Source of the DNA: Psammoneis japonica
Taxonomy: Eukaryota
DNA length: 40,299 nucleotides
NCBI GenBank assembly: GCA_008632985.1
Contig: QPGO01000099.1
Span: 62,001 to 102,299, forward strand
Direction of reading: 5' to 3'
In this document: positions 23,397 through 33,949 of the stretch, in pieces
How positions within the stretch are numbered: position 1 is the first letter of the stretch
Layout: every line of letters starts with the position of its first letter
Made by a program: the position numbers and the translations under genes
The notes under the pieces: model-generated
What the model was told of the DNA's origin: nothing
Database searches by the model: none
The model's input: the letters and a program-made list of their open reading frames with translations, nothing else

Positions 23397-26211
23397 CTCT
23401 GCAGATGCTGAGAATGACGAAGTCTTCAGAGATCCTTGTGTGTCTCCTCTTGTTCCAAGAAGTTGAGCTCTCCAAATCTTTTTGGCCCCTGCAAACTGGG
23501 CTGCCAAAAACATCATGAAGAACTTTTTAACTCTCGGCAGGGTCTGCGGTGGAAGCATTGCTCTCATTGAGCTCGCAACTGAACTGCCTCCCAGAGAGAT
23601 TCTTCCAAAAGCATGTTTGCAGTTTCGTCCAAACAAGCCAACAGCTCCAGCCCAAGATTGCGAGTGTGAGCAAGACCATCAACACTCCGTCACACAAGAA
23701 CAACTCAAAGCACATCATCAAACTGTCAAGAAAGCTGTCAACATCAACGCAGCTGGTGCGATGACACAGAGTGGAATCTCTCATGCAACACTGTCATGGA
23801 GACCAGCACCCGTCAGGAAGAGAGAACGGAGACAACTCAAAGCAGCATGAAAAGGAGAGAGCTCTCCATCAGTCACATGTGACCATCACAGCAGGGCCAA
23901 CAGAGCACTTCTGCCGGGGTGCTGGTTGTGAATCTGGTGCGTTTGCCAACAGCTCTCATTTCCGACTTGTTGTGGCCAGCCAAACAACCCATGCAGAGCC
24001 TTGCATGATGTCTTTCGACAACGTTGTGGCTTTTCTGGCTTTTCCAATGAGGGCAAGCTGCCCTTCACAGCTTGCACTTGCAACTCATTGCCCAGGGTGG
24101 GAGGCCTGTTCCAGCTCCAGGTGATCCGCTTTTCATCATGTGATGGGCCGATTTTCTGCGCAGTTTGGCGCATTGAACTCCTTCAATTTTGATCGTTTCA
24201 AAAATCAAAAGGCAAGTGCACACCCAAAAACACATGCAAAGTGCACACTTGCCCTTTGATTTGGCAAAAAATGGATTTTGAAAAAGTTCAATGCGCCAAA
24301 TGCACAAATTTCCAAATGATGGGAATCGAACCCGCGCGGATCACCTGGAGCTGGAACAGGCCGGGAGAGGCCATTGGAAAGCTTGGTGGCAGCATGGGAT
24401 TTGGCATTTTTGACAAAGCACACAAGATGCTGGAAGGGACTGGAAATTTGTTTGGTCATGGTCTCTGTGATCTGTTGGCCCCAACAGTGGACTGCCACCT
24501 GTTCCCAACTGCCATGCCTCGTCATTGCACCAAGTCTCCAAAACAAGTTGCTGTGTTGGGATCCAAGCTGGATGAGCTTGGAGCCCCAGCACTCACACCA
24601 AAGTGGGCGCCCCTGATCAAATTGTTTCTGGTGATCAAATTTTTTTGTGGATGGGTCGCTGTTTGGATCATGTGTTGAAGAACAGAGCCAGCAAGAAAGT
24701 GTGGAGCTCATCATTGCAGCTCCTGCAACACTTTGCATGTTGGACAGAGAGGCCAAATTGCAAGTGTTGTTCTCAGAGACATGTGCATCCATGAAAGGGG
24801 CTCGCTTCTTCCATTTGCCACTTGAGCATCATTTTGCAAGCCCAGTGCTGTGTCCTTTCACTCTGCAAATGCAAGAGCAGAGGTGTCTGCAGATTCTGCT
24901 GGAAGAAGACATTTCTGCATTGGCAGTGAGCGGCAGCCCAAGAATGTCTGCTGCAAAGCGGAAAAAGGTTTAAAGGAAAGCACAGTCTGTGCCCATGTCT
25001 GTTGTTGCAAACTGCAAAGCACTTGTGACAGGGTGTCAACAAGGTGGATTGGGAGTTGGTTTGTGATGGCTGACCCTGTTTGGAGCTCAGTCCTGGTGTG
25101 TGCCAAATGATTGGACATGCAAGCTGGAAAAAGAGAAAGAAAAACCGTGGCTGTGCTCTTGTTCCTGCTCCAGTTGCTTTGGACAATGCATGGTTGTCCA
25201 AGGATGCCAATGAATGCAAAACTTTTGCCACTGCTTTTGAGGCCATGGTTGGTCTAGATCCTGAATTGTGCCAGGATGTCTGGCTTGTGATTGAAAAGGG
25301 CTGCAGGCTTGGAAGGCCTTTGAAAGACAACAAGCTCCCTCCTTGTGTCCTTGATTCCTTCATGCTTCCCAGTTTTGTGTCATTTGAAATTAAAAATGAC
25401 ATCATGAACACCATCAGAGAACACAAGGACGTGAATTCCTGGGATCACATGTGCAATTTGCTCTGGGTGCACTGAGGCCGCGAAGGGAGTTGCAATGTTC
25501 CTCACAGGCACAAAGAGAAGGGGACAAGTTTGGGGAGTTGGTTGAGCACACAACAGCAGACCAGAAAGAATGGGATGCTGGATGTTTTTTTTTTCAACAA
25601 GCGCTTGAGAATGCTGGTGTCTGGTGCTGGAAAGAGAACAAGGGCAGAAGATGGAATCATGCTCACAACCTGCTCTTGGCTTGCTTGGTGAGAGAAGGCA
25701 ATTGCAATGTTCCTCTTTGATGCACCAAGGATGGCTTTGCCCTTGAAAACTGGCTGCAAAAGAAATGGCAAAAATGTGAGCTTGGCAAGATTGACATTGC
25801 CAAAACAAGAAAAACTCAAGCAGGTTGGTGTGAAGTGGGGCTTCTTTGAAGACCAGTGTGGGACAGTGTTTTCACTTCTTTTGCAATTCAAGAAATGGGA
25901 GGGACATTGCAGAGTGCCAAGGGGCCACAAAAAGGATGGGGTGCATCTTGGAAATTGGCCAGGCAAGCAGCAGACAACCAAAAGGAAAGGGACTCTGGAT
26001 GCTTCTTGACAGGAACAACTGGAGCACGCTGGAGTTGTGAGGGATGTCCATGCTGAGCAACTGGAGACTGTGTTTTTTCTCTTCCAGAACAATTCAAAAA
26101 AGGGGGGAGGGCATTGCAAAGACTTGGACCTTGGCTGATGAGCAAAAAAAGAAGGTCCAAGGGTGGAAGACTGAAGAACAGCCAAAAGGAGTGACTGTTG
26201 GATCTTGGAGT
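23397..26211 (+). pseudogene. Decayed SF2 helicase plus HA repeats, copy 2 (inverted relative to copy 1), interrupted by a MITE and by the copia element
   Basis: Colinear with the reverse complement of 6790-5650 and 3450-1660 (GFGIFDKAHKM, CHLFPTAMP, WEGHCRVPRGHKKDGVHLGNW). Confidence 0.8.
24103..24362. mobile_element. 260-bp MITE with perfect 27-bp TIRs and 4-bp TSD GGGA
   Basis: TIRs ggcctgttccagctccaggtgatccgc and gcggatcacctggagctggaacaggcc. GGGA at 24099-24102 and 24363-24366. Removing it restores alignment to helicase copy 1. Confidence 0.92.
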
Positions 26212-26225
26212 TTACGGACCAGTGG

Positions 26226-26379
26226 TGTCGGGACAATCTAACAGATGTCTGGGACAGATGACAATCGTGCACCAGATGAGAAAGAAAGTGAGCAGAGAGA
26301 GATCATCGGATCTCTCAATGCTGTCCATGCCAGTCTGTCTGAGACAAGGGAGTGCACTCCCCGTCTCAGATGTCTGTCA
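26226..26379 (-). repeat. 3' LTR (154 bp)
   Basis: Direct repeat of 33382-33535. Begins TG on the minus strand. Confidence 0.92.
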
Positions 26380-26388
26380 CCCTCCCCT
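26380..26388 (-). promoter_or_regulatory. Polypurine tract (AGGGGAGGG)
   Basis: Immediately precedes the 3' LTR on the minus strand. Confidence 0.85.
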
Positions 26389-26491
26389 GATGAGCAATGC
26401 AAAAGCTCATCAAGAAAGAAAGGAGACAATCCAAGAAAAAAAATGAGGACCAGAATGGCAAGCCAAAGAGACACACAAAACAGAACAACAA

Positions 26492-29400
26492 TCAATGGCA
26501 GTGTCCCATGAGACGACGGGCATGGCGGGAATGAAGCATCCAACCCACAGCCTTGGTTGGGATGTCGGCAGGGTTGATGACACCCGGAACATGTCTGGCG
26601 ACAATTTTCCCTGTGTCGCGCCAGTCTTGGATCGCAAAATGTCGAATGTCAATGTGGTGCAATCGCTCCGCAGGCACCTTGTTGTTGATCATCCGGACAG
26701 TGGAGGAATTGTCAATGTGCAAGGGAGCAGGGTCACATTGGACAAAACCTGGCTCTTCAAGGACCATGCGAAGGTACAACGTCTGCTTGGCAGCAGTGAC
26801 AGCCGCGAGGAATTCAGCCTCAGTGGAGCTGGCAGCTGTGATGGTCTGTGTGTGGCAACGGCAATCAATCGCAGCACCAGCAAGGACATGTGCATGCCCA
26901 GCAGCAGATCGGCGATGCCACAGTTCATTGCCATGTTCCGCATCAATGAAGCCAAGCAGTTGAAACAGATTGGCAGCACGGGGGAACTCAGGAAGGGATG
27001 GATCATCTTCGAGCCACTCAAAGGCGCAGGGAGGTGAGCCCGGATCACGCTCAGTCTTCTTGCATGTCAAGCCCCAGTGTTTGGTGTCGCAGGTGCTTGG
27101 TCATGCGCTTGAGGGAATTGCAGCGAACATCAGCGGGAGCCTTAGAGAACTTGGACAAGGTGACAATGGGGCATCCGACATCCAAGCAACAGCACGAGCA
27201 TGCAAAAACCAATTCACCCAAGAGAGAGCGACAGGAAAATCCATGAGAGTCAGAGAGAACATCGCATTCAGGGGTGCCCTCCTCAGGGCCTTCAGCAGTG
27301 TGCAACTCAGGGACGCAGTTGACCGGCACAGGAGTGGCCTTGAAATCACTGTCAGTTTCATTCGCAGCGGGAGTGTCCCATCCATGGGTCTTGAAGACAC
27401 GGTCGAGGCAGCTGGCAACGTTGATTGTGATCGAATCATCATTCTGAACAACATCGATGCCATTGAATTCAGCAACAAGGCCAAGACATTTGAAGGGAGG
27501 AGTGTCCTCATTCTCCATCTGGAGAGCTTTCCCAATGTGATTGCAGATTTCCTTCACAATCTTCTCGGAAGGACAAGCAAGTGCAAAATCATCAACTTGA
27601 TGGAGCAATGGGACCTTGACGCTGTCACATTCACCAGAGTGGATGCACTTGTCATGAGCAGTGTTGCAAAAAAGAAGTTTTGCACCAGCGAGGATCAAGT
27701 TGATGTGCTTTTCCCATGGAACACCAGCTTCGGGATGACCTTGGAGAGCATGCTTGAGTGGAAGGACGCAGTGGCGAGGCACCTTCTTCCCAAAGCAATT
27801 CTCATGCCAAGCAGCACAGGCATCATCAGTGGCGACAAACACCGGTTGTGAAGGGCCAGGAGAATGAGCACATGCATCTCGTGCGTCACCACCATAGATT
27901 CGGTGAGACATGGCAGCACCAAGAGCGAAAAACATCTTTTCAATTGAGCGTTCCACACATGAAGAATGCGTGGAAGTCAGTTTGTGTGATGCTGGCACAG
28001 CCAACTTGGATGCGTCTCCACACTGCAGAGAGCGACGTTGCCCATCTGGTTTTACCATGCAGTCCCAATGCGGATGCATGACATTCACTCCAGGAGGACA
28101 AGGTTGCGGAGGACCACACATGCCATGTTTCAAGTTTGCGGAGCTTGGCACGGGCAAGGCGTTCAAGGGCAGCTTCTTCCGGGGTGATTTCACGAGAGCT
28201 GACAGCATGGAGATGAGCACAGAACACCTCCGTTGGAATCGCATCATCAGAGAAGTCATCATCAGGATGCAGGACGGCAGCAATGGATCGCACATCTTCC
28301 AAAGCAAGCTCCGGTGCATGAGAGTCATCTTCCATTGAATCAGGATCAAACAGCTCTGCTTCCTCAAAGGCTTTGTCAAGGGTGTGAGAGTCTGGACGTC
28401 GTTCGGGCGCAAACGTGAGCTCAAAAGTGGGAATGTCATCTTGGTGGACCTGTGGGAGTGCTTTTTCAGCATCTTGCGGCGCAAAGACTTCATGTTTGTT
28501 GACAGAGACAACACAGGCACCCACAAGCTTGTTCCGAGCAGCACGGAGAGAAGAGAACAGGGGTGCTGCGGGACTGCATTGCTTGATTTCCGAGACACAT
28601 GCACGGTCCATGAGAGCACACTTGGAGAACACGACCCCCCCCCTGACAGTCTTGGCAAAAGGATTCGACGAAGAAGCAAATGTGGGGACAGTCGTGTCCT
28701 GTGTTTCAGCCGGAAAAGGCTGGCCATTTTCCACACGTTGCAATTGGGCAGCATTCGGAGGGAGTTGATCCATGGAGAGGTCATTCACACCCTCGTCACA
28801 ATGGACGTGTTTGGCTGTCTTGACCTTGTCAGTCTCCAGATCCCACCAAAGAACATTCTTCAGGGTGTTCAGAAGACATCCAAGGAATGCGCCTTTCTTG
28901 GAGTTGGAGCGAAAAGTGGCAGAGCGTTTTGTGGAGCGTTTGGCCCATGCTCGACATCCAAAAGTCTTCAAGGCAGTAAAATCTTCAACCTTTCCAGCAG
29001 CAAGGGTGACAGGAGATGCATCTTGATCTTTCGCAGGAGTGGCATTCTTGATGCGGAGGCAATGGCAAAAAGCATGGGGCCAGAATCTGATCGGGAGATT
29101 GGCGCCAATTAAGATTGCATGAATTGCATTCTCAACAGTTAAATGTGAGTGTTCCACAGGGCCACATTGATTGGCAGCGCCAGCACCTGATGGGCAAATG
29201 TTGCACTGGAATTCTCGTTGGAAGAGGTCACGAACTTTGGGGTTTTTGTGCAGTTCCCCTCCCTGGTCCACAAATGCACATTTGTCATGACAATTCAGCG
29301 AGTGTCGATCCAAGAATCGGTGAAGCCACTTGAGAGGACTGGCCTTCGAGACTCGTGCAACACCATGAAGCACGCGTGTTTTGTGGTCGCAGACGGTGAT

Positions 29401-31165
29401 CCAACATGTTTCACCATCACAACCAAGGTGTTCAGAGGTGCAATCTTCATTCTTGGAGGCTTGACCAGCAAAGGCAAAATCCACAGTGAGACCTTGACAT
29501 GGTTGAGTCGCCGTGCGAGTGGAGTTTGGTCCAGCAGGAGTCTTGACTTGTTTCGCCTGGATGCACGTTGGACAAATGTCAAGAACCGGATTGGCATGAC
29601 GGACGCGTTCCAGACGTAGGTGGGAATCCGTGTGACATTGGGCCCGTAGACTTCTACGTGCGAGCTCCGTAGTAAAATTATACGGTAATTAAAATGTCAA
29701 TGATCGCCAACAGAAAATGAGGCAATTTTTGCGAACGCACAAACTCGCACATGATTGAAGTACATCATTTTTTACTTATCCAGTAGTTACATTCTTCAGA
29801 CATTGAAGAATGTAACTGGCGCATTATTGTTTCTAGAAATTTGTTATATAAAACGTCTGGGGCTTCGCAAAACAGCGAGTCTGGACAATTTTTTTTAAAT
29901 ATCACACGTAGAAATCTACGTACGAAACATACGACGGATGATAAAAATTGTTGTTGTCACACGTCAGTACTACGAGCTCCCACCTAGGGCTGGAACGCGT
30001 CGACGGAACTTAGGAACTCCCTTGACACACTTGTGAACATGGTGCAAATGGTGATCGCTGGGATGTCCAAGGCGTTGGTGCCAAAGGAGACGTTCAGTCT
30101 CAACTTTCAGAGAGCGGACCGGGGTGGGACTTGGCGGAGGCGATGAACAATGGACAACAGAGTTGCACTGCATTGGAAACAATTCAGTGTCCATCAACCA
30201 AGGGTCAGACGGCGTTTGCTGAACATTGACATAAAAAATTGCACGTTGGCAGGCACCGTCAATGTCGTCAACCGGTGTCAAGTCAGAAGTCACAGGCATG
30301 GAAGGAGCATCAGTCAGAGACGGTGGGACTGGGGGCTGGGTAAAAACTTTTCCATGTTGGAGGATGCCATGGACAATGACCGCTTGAGTGTCAGTCGAAG
30401 CAGCACAGGCACATGTTCCATCAGCATGGGTCTTCTCAAGGGACTCGGAACGAATGGCTTTCGGTGTAAATCCAGAAGCCCGTGCAAAGTTGCGTTCATC
30501 AATCAGGGTGGAACAGAGGCTGGGATGGTGGAAAGTGCGAACAAGAAGGAAACCATCAGCATCTGCAGCAGGTGCGCCTGCAGATGACCAAAGCCATGAG
30601 GGATCGTGTCAGAGCCTTCAGCAGCAGGGAGCATTTTCAAAGGACAGGGGTCATCCGGACCAAATGGAGTGCAGGCATGGAGGAGTTGTTTGTCTCCGGC
30701 ACATGACACCCAAGCACCAGTGTCAATTTGCGCACAGCAGATCGTTGAATCACGTGTTGCATGGTTGATGGGGATGACGGGGGTGGTCAAGGAGTCAAAC
30801 GTTGTGGGTGCTTCAGGCAGGGAAAAAATCGGAGAGATGCGTGCTGCACTCAAAGGTGAGAGATGTTGGTTGGTGTCCACATCGATGTGCTCAAAATCTT
30901 GATCGTGGTCAGTGGAGAGAGAGATGTCGTTCTTGCTGGTGGATGTTTCATGAGAAGGTGTTGCCCTCCCCTGATTGGTGGCATCAGGGTCATCATCTGG
31001 AACAGTGTTGAGATCCAGGTTTCCAGTCTTTGTTGAGGGTGATGGGAGGTCAGCAAATGAGACACGTGAAAGAGGTGGTTCAGCGGGAGGTGACAAGTCT
31101 TTGGGACCCTCTTTTGGAGTTCCCCACTGGCATGCGGTTTCGGATTGGGAGGTGACGGGCAGCAT
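26492..31165 (-). pseudogene. pol: Copia pol (protease, integrase, RT, RNase H), frameshifted
   Basis: IDTGA (PR), LWHQRLGHPS...CPTC (IN zinc finger), DQGGEL and FWPHAF (IN core), LKHALQGHPE and HQVDDF (RT), SSTEAEF, HIDIRHF and NPADIPTK (RH). Confidence 0.92.
29602..30001. mobile_element. 400-bp MITE with 24-bp TIRs (2 mismatches), 4-bp TSD GACG and a central palindrome
   Basis: TIRs gacgcgttccagacgtaggtggga and tcccacctagggctggaacgcgtc. GACG at 29598-29601 and 30002-30005. Excision restores the integrase frame GVPKFRHANPVLDICPTCIQAKQ. Confidence 0.93.
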
Positions 31166-33179
31166 TGTTCATCCGAACGTAACAACGGCCCTGGGAAAAA
31201 TCCGTTTTAGATTTTCCATCCTTGAGGGCTTCTTGGGCATGACGGTCACGTTGAAGGAATTGGCAGAAGCGGATGAGATGGGCATGCAGGCACTCAGCAT
31301 TGTTCAAGACCGGACACTCGTGGAACAAGTGGTCATCACCACATGCAACACATGGTCGAGAGTGGGCAACAGCAGGAGAAGACTTGATCCTGCAGACACA
31401 AGCCTCACAAATGCCGTGCAGTGAAAGTTCATTTACAAAGCACTCCACAGTTTCCGCAGGTTCTTCGACAGGGGTGGGAGCAGTTTCCATTGAAGGTTCT
31501 GGAGCAATCGGAGGTGGATCTGGTGCCTCGTCCTTGGGTGACAAGTCAAGGGCTCGAAGAGGAGCTGCCAACGGAGGATTGGCCAGATTCTGGTCATGGA
31601 GGCATCGTGCAGGACATTTGGGAGGATCCTTGACACGAAGAGCAGGACTGCCCGGTTCCTTGAGAATTGCAGCAATCGTCTCGACAATCTTCTTCTGAGT
31701 GAATTTGTGTTCCTGACTCTTGTCTTCCCCAGTGGCAACTGTCTTTTGATGCAGGTGCTCTCCACATTGAGCATTGCTGACAAAGACATCCAGCTCACCA
31801 GGATCATCAAGAGAGGCATCAACATTGGAAATGATGGCCCGCAGTTGGAGGAAATCCCTGAACAGAGTGCAGCAACTGAGAATCGTGAGATTGTTTTGGT
31901 GCGGGTGGCTTTTGATCAGCTCATGCGGGCGCTTGGTCCAGATCGGAAGAATGTCAAATGGGATCATCTTGAGGGCAGCATGTCCGTCTCCACAGCATTG
32001 GCGAACAACATCAGGATGCTTGGAATCGGCTGGGAAAATTCCAGCCTTCTGAATGTGCTGAAAAAGTGCAAGCTTCATGCAGTCAAGGGGTGCACGCATG
32101 CGAAGTGGCAGGTCATCAGTTGGGTCATTGCCGCTCGTGAAACCCCAGTTGCCACTGTCCTTGATGAAACACCAGAGAGGATGCATGCAGATGCCACAAG
32201 CCGAGGCTTGTTGGGTCACTGCAGTGCACCACGCTCGGATTCCTTGAGGTGAGATGTCGTCGCACGTCAAAGGATCACGGAGAAAAGACTTGGCATCCCA
32301 ATCAGTGCAATGGACAAAGAGGGAACCATCTGCGAGGATGAGACATTCAGTGCCGTCTTCACAGCAGAGGTTTCCCAATTTGCAAGGGACTGGTGACTTC
32401 CCAAGTGCTGCTTTCCCAGATTCCTTGCATTCACAGCAAGCCCACACGTCTTTTGGAAGTCCTTTCAGGTTGAAAGTGTGCAACGCACCAGCAGCAGTCG
32501 ATGAAGAGGTTGTGCCAGTGGCGGTCATGGCAGATGGTGCAGGAGACAACACCTTGGGAGTGGAGTTCTTCAGCGCATTTGTCACAGCTTGCTCAAACTG
32601 TTTTGGACCAGGTGAATGAGCAGCCAAGGCCTTGGCAAAATCTTCAGGAGTCAGACCTGCAGCAGCAGTCAATTGAGATGTAGATTTTGGAGGAGACGCT
32701 GAAGGTGGGTGTGGAGTGTCAGAGATGTCATCCCAACACAGACAATTCTCGAAACCAGGGCAAAAGAAGAGACTGACAGTCTCAACACAGACCGTCATGG
32801 CATCTTGACCATCTGAGATCGCCTTGATCACAGCCTTCTGAAGATTGGCAAAGTTCAGATGAACCGGAGGAGCTTCAGGAGCAGCCACAAAGAGAGGAGC
32901 TTCATCCACAATCGGTCCAATCCATGCAAGATCTTCAGTCAACACAGCCTCAGGGATGATGAGGTCATGAACAATCTCATGACGGAGAACAGCAATGGCA
33001 TCGCTCTTGAGGCCTTGAGGAGCAAATCCGTCCAGAAGTTCTTCAGGAGCAGGCATCTCATCGGGATGAAGGACGTTCAGGTGATGATGGGCACCTGGCA
33101 AGCGATTTTGCTGTTTGAATTCGACCTGTGTTGACTTGATCTTGGCCAAATCGACGGAAGTTTGCTTGGTCGGTGCCAT
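31080..33179 (-). pseudogene. gag: Copia gag (699-aa ORF, hypermutated)
   Basis: Lies between the 5' LTR and protease. Zinc knuckle CVACGDDHLFHEC. Only one Tyr in 699 aa. Confidence 0.8.
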
Positions 33180-33371
33180 GGTTGCATGGGAAAAAAATCA
33201 AAATCCCATGTAGAATGCTGGCATGTGTTCTGCGGTGGTCGTTTGATCACAAATCGAGAGGTGAAAAAACAGCTGTGACAATGGTGACGATTTCAACGAA
33301 GAAAAAGTCGCCAAATCACACAGCCGGCGCTGCGGCAGAGGAGCGTGGAGGAAGAGGAACAGTGCACTGCT

Positions 33372-33380
33372 GCTCACAAC
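33372..33380 (-). promoter_or_regulatory. Probable primer-binding site (GTTGTGAGC, possibly mutated GTTATGAGC)
   Basis: Directly follows the 5' LTR. Resembles the internal half-tRNAiMet PBS (GGTTATG(G/A)GC) used by copia/Ty5-type elements, with one TA>TG change (inference). Confidence 0.5.
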
Positions 33381-33381
33381 G

Positions 33382-33535
33382 CATCGGGACAATCCAACGG
33401 ATGCCCAGGACAGATGACAATTGCGCGCTAGATGAGAAAGAAAGTGAGCAGAGAGAGATCATCGGATCTCTCAATGCTGTCTGTGCCAGTCTGTCCGAGA
33501 CAAGGGAGTGCACTCCCCGTCTCGGATGTCTGTCA
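33382..33535 (-). repeat. 5' LTR (154 bp)
   Basis: Direct repeat of 26226-26379, with 15 transition differences counted by eye. Confidence 0.92.
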
Positions 33536-33665
33536 GGAGTTGTTTTTTGCCAACAAACAGAGTCTGCAATGCAAGGATCTTCTTGGTCTTGCTGGTGTTT
33601 CTGTTTCAAAGAATGAAAACTGTTCCATTGAAATCGATTGTGCATGGCTCCTCTTTAGAGTGCAT
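33536..33665 (+). pseudogene. 3' end and flank of helicase/HA copy 2, separated from the rest by the copia insertion
   Basis: ggagttgttttttgccaacaaacagagtctgcaat...gaatgaaaactgttccattgaaat aligns to the reverse complement of about 1530-1650. Confidence 0.8.
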
Positions 33666-33829
33666 GAGCACTGCTGCTGCAAACCATGAAAACAATTGCT
33701 TCAGAAATGTTTGTGTGTGCAGTTGCACTTCATTTGTGTTTTTGGCCAACCACTCCAGCCAGAGGGTGCCTTCATGATGGGTTGGCTCAAATGCTTCTGT
33801 TTTGTTGTGAGAGTTCTTGCACAGCATCG

Positions 33830-33833
<4 letters not shown>

Positions 33834-33870
<37 letters not shown>
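33834..33870. repeat. (TC)n microsatellite
   Basis: About 18 TC units. Confidence 0.95.
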
Positions 33871-33873
<3 letters not shown>

Positions 33874-33949
33874 CAGCTCAACATTGCTGCTCTGACTGGA
33901 GCGGAGCTCTGTCTGCTGCAGAGCAGCAGCAACAAACTTTTGCATGAAA

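Larger units (their letters stand above)
26212..33535 (-). mobile_element. Full-length Ty1/copia LTR retrotransposon (CoDi-like), hypermutated
   Basis: Two LTRs, 5-bp TSD GGAGT (26207-26211 and 33536-33540), and gag-PR-IN-RT-RH order. The joined flanks reconstitute the HA gene end seen at 1545-1720. Confidence 0.95.

Noticed and set aside
29617..29986. TA-TSD (Tc1/mariner-type) boundaries for the 400-bp insertion
   Set aside because: The inverted repeat extends further out, and only the 29602-30001 boundaries with GACG TSD restore the integrase frame.
26492..33179. Alternative genetic code (TGY/CAY read as Tyr)
   Set aside because: Neighbouring host genes use TAY normally, and the change also affects non-coding LTRs and repeats.
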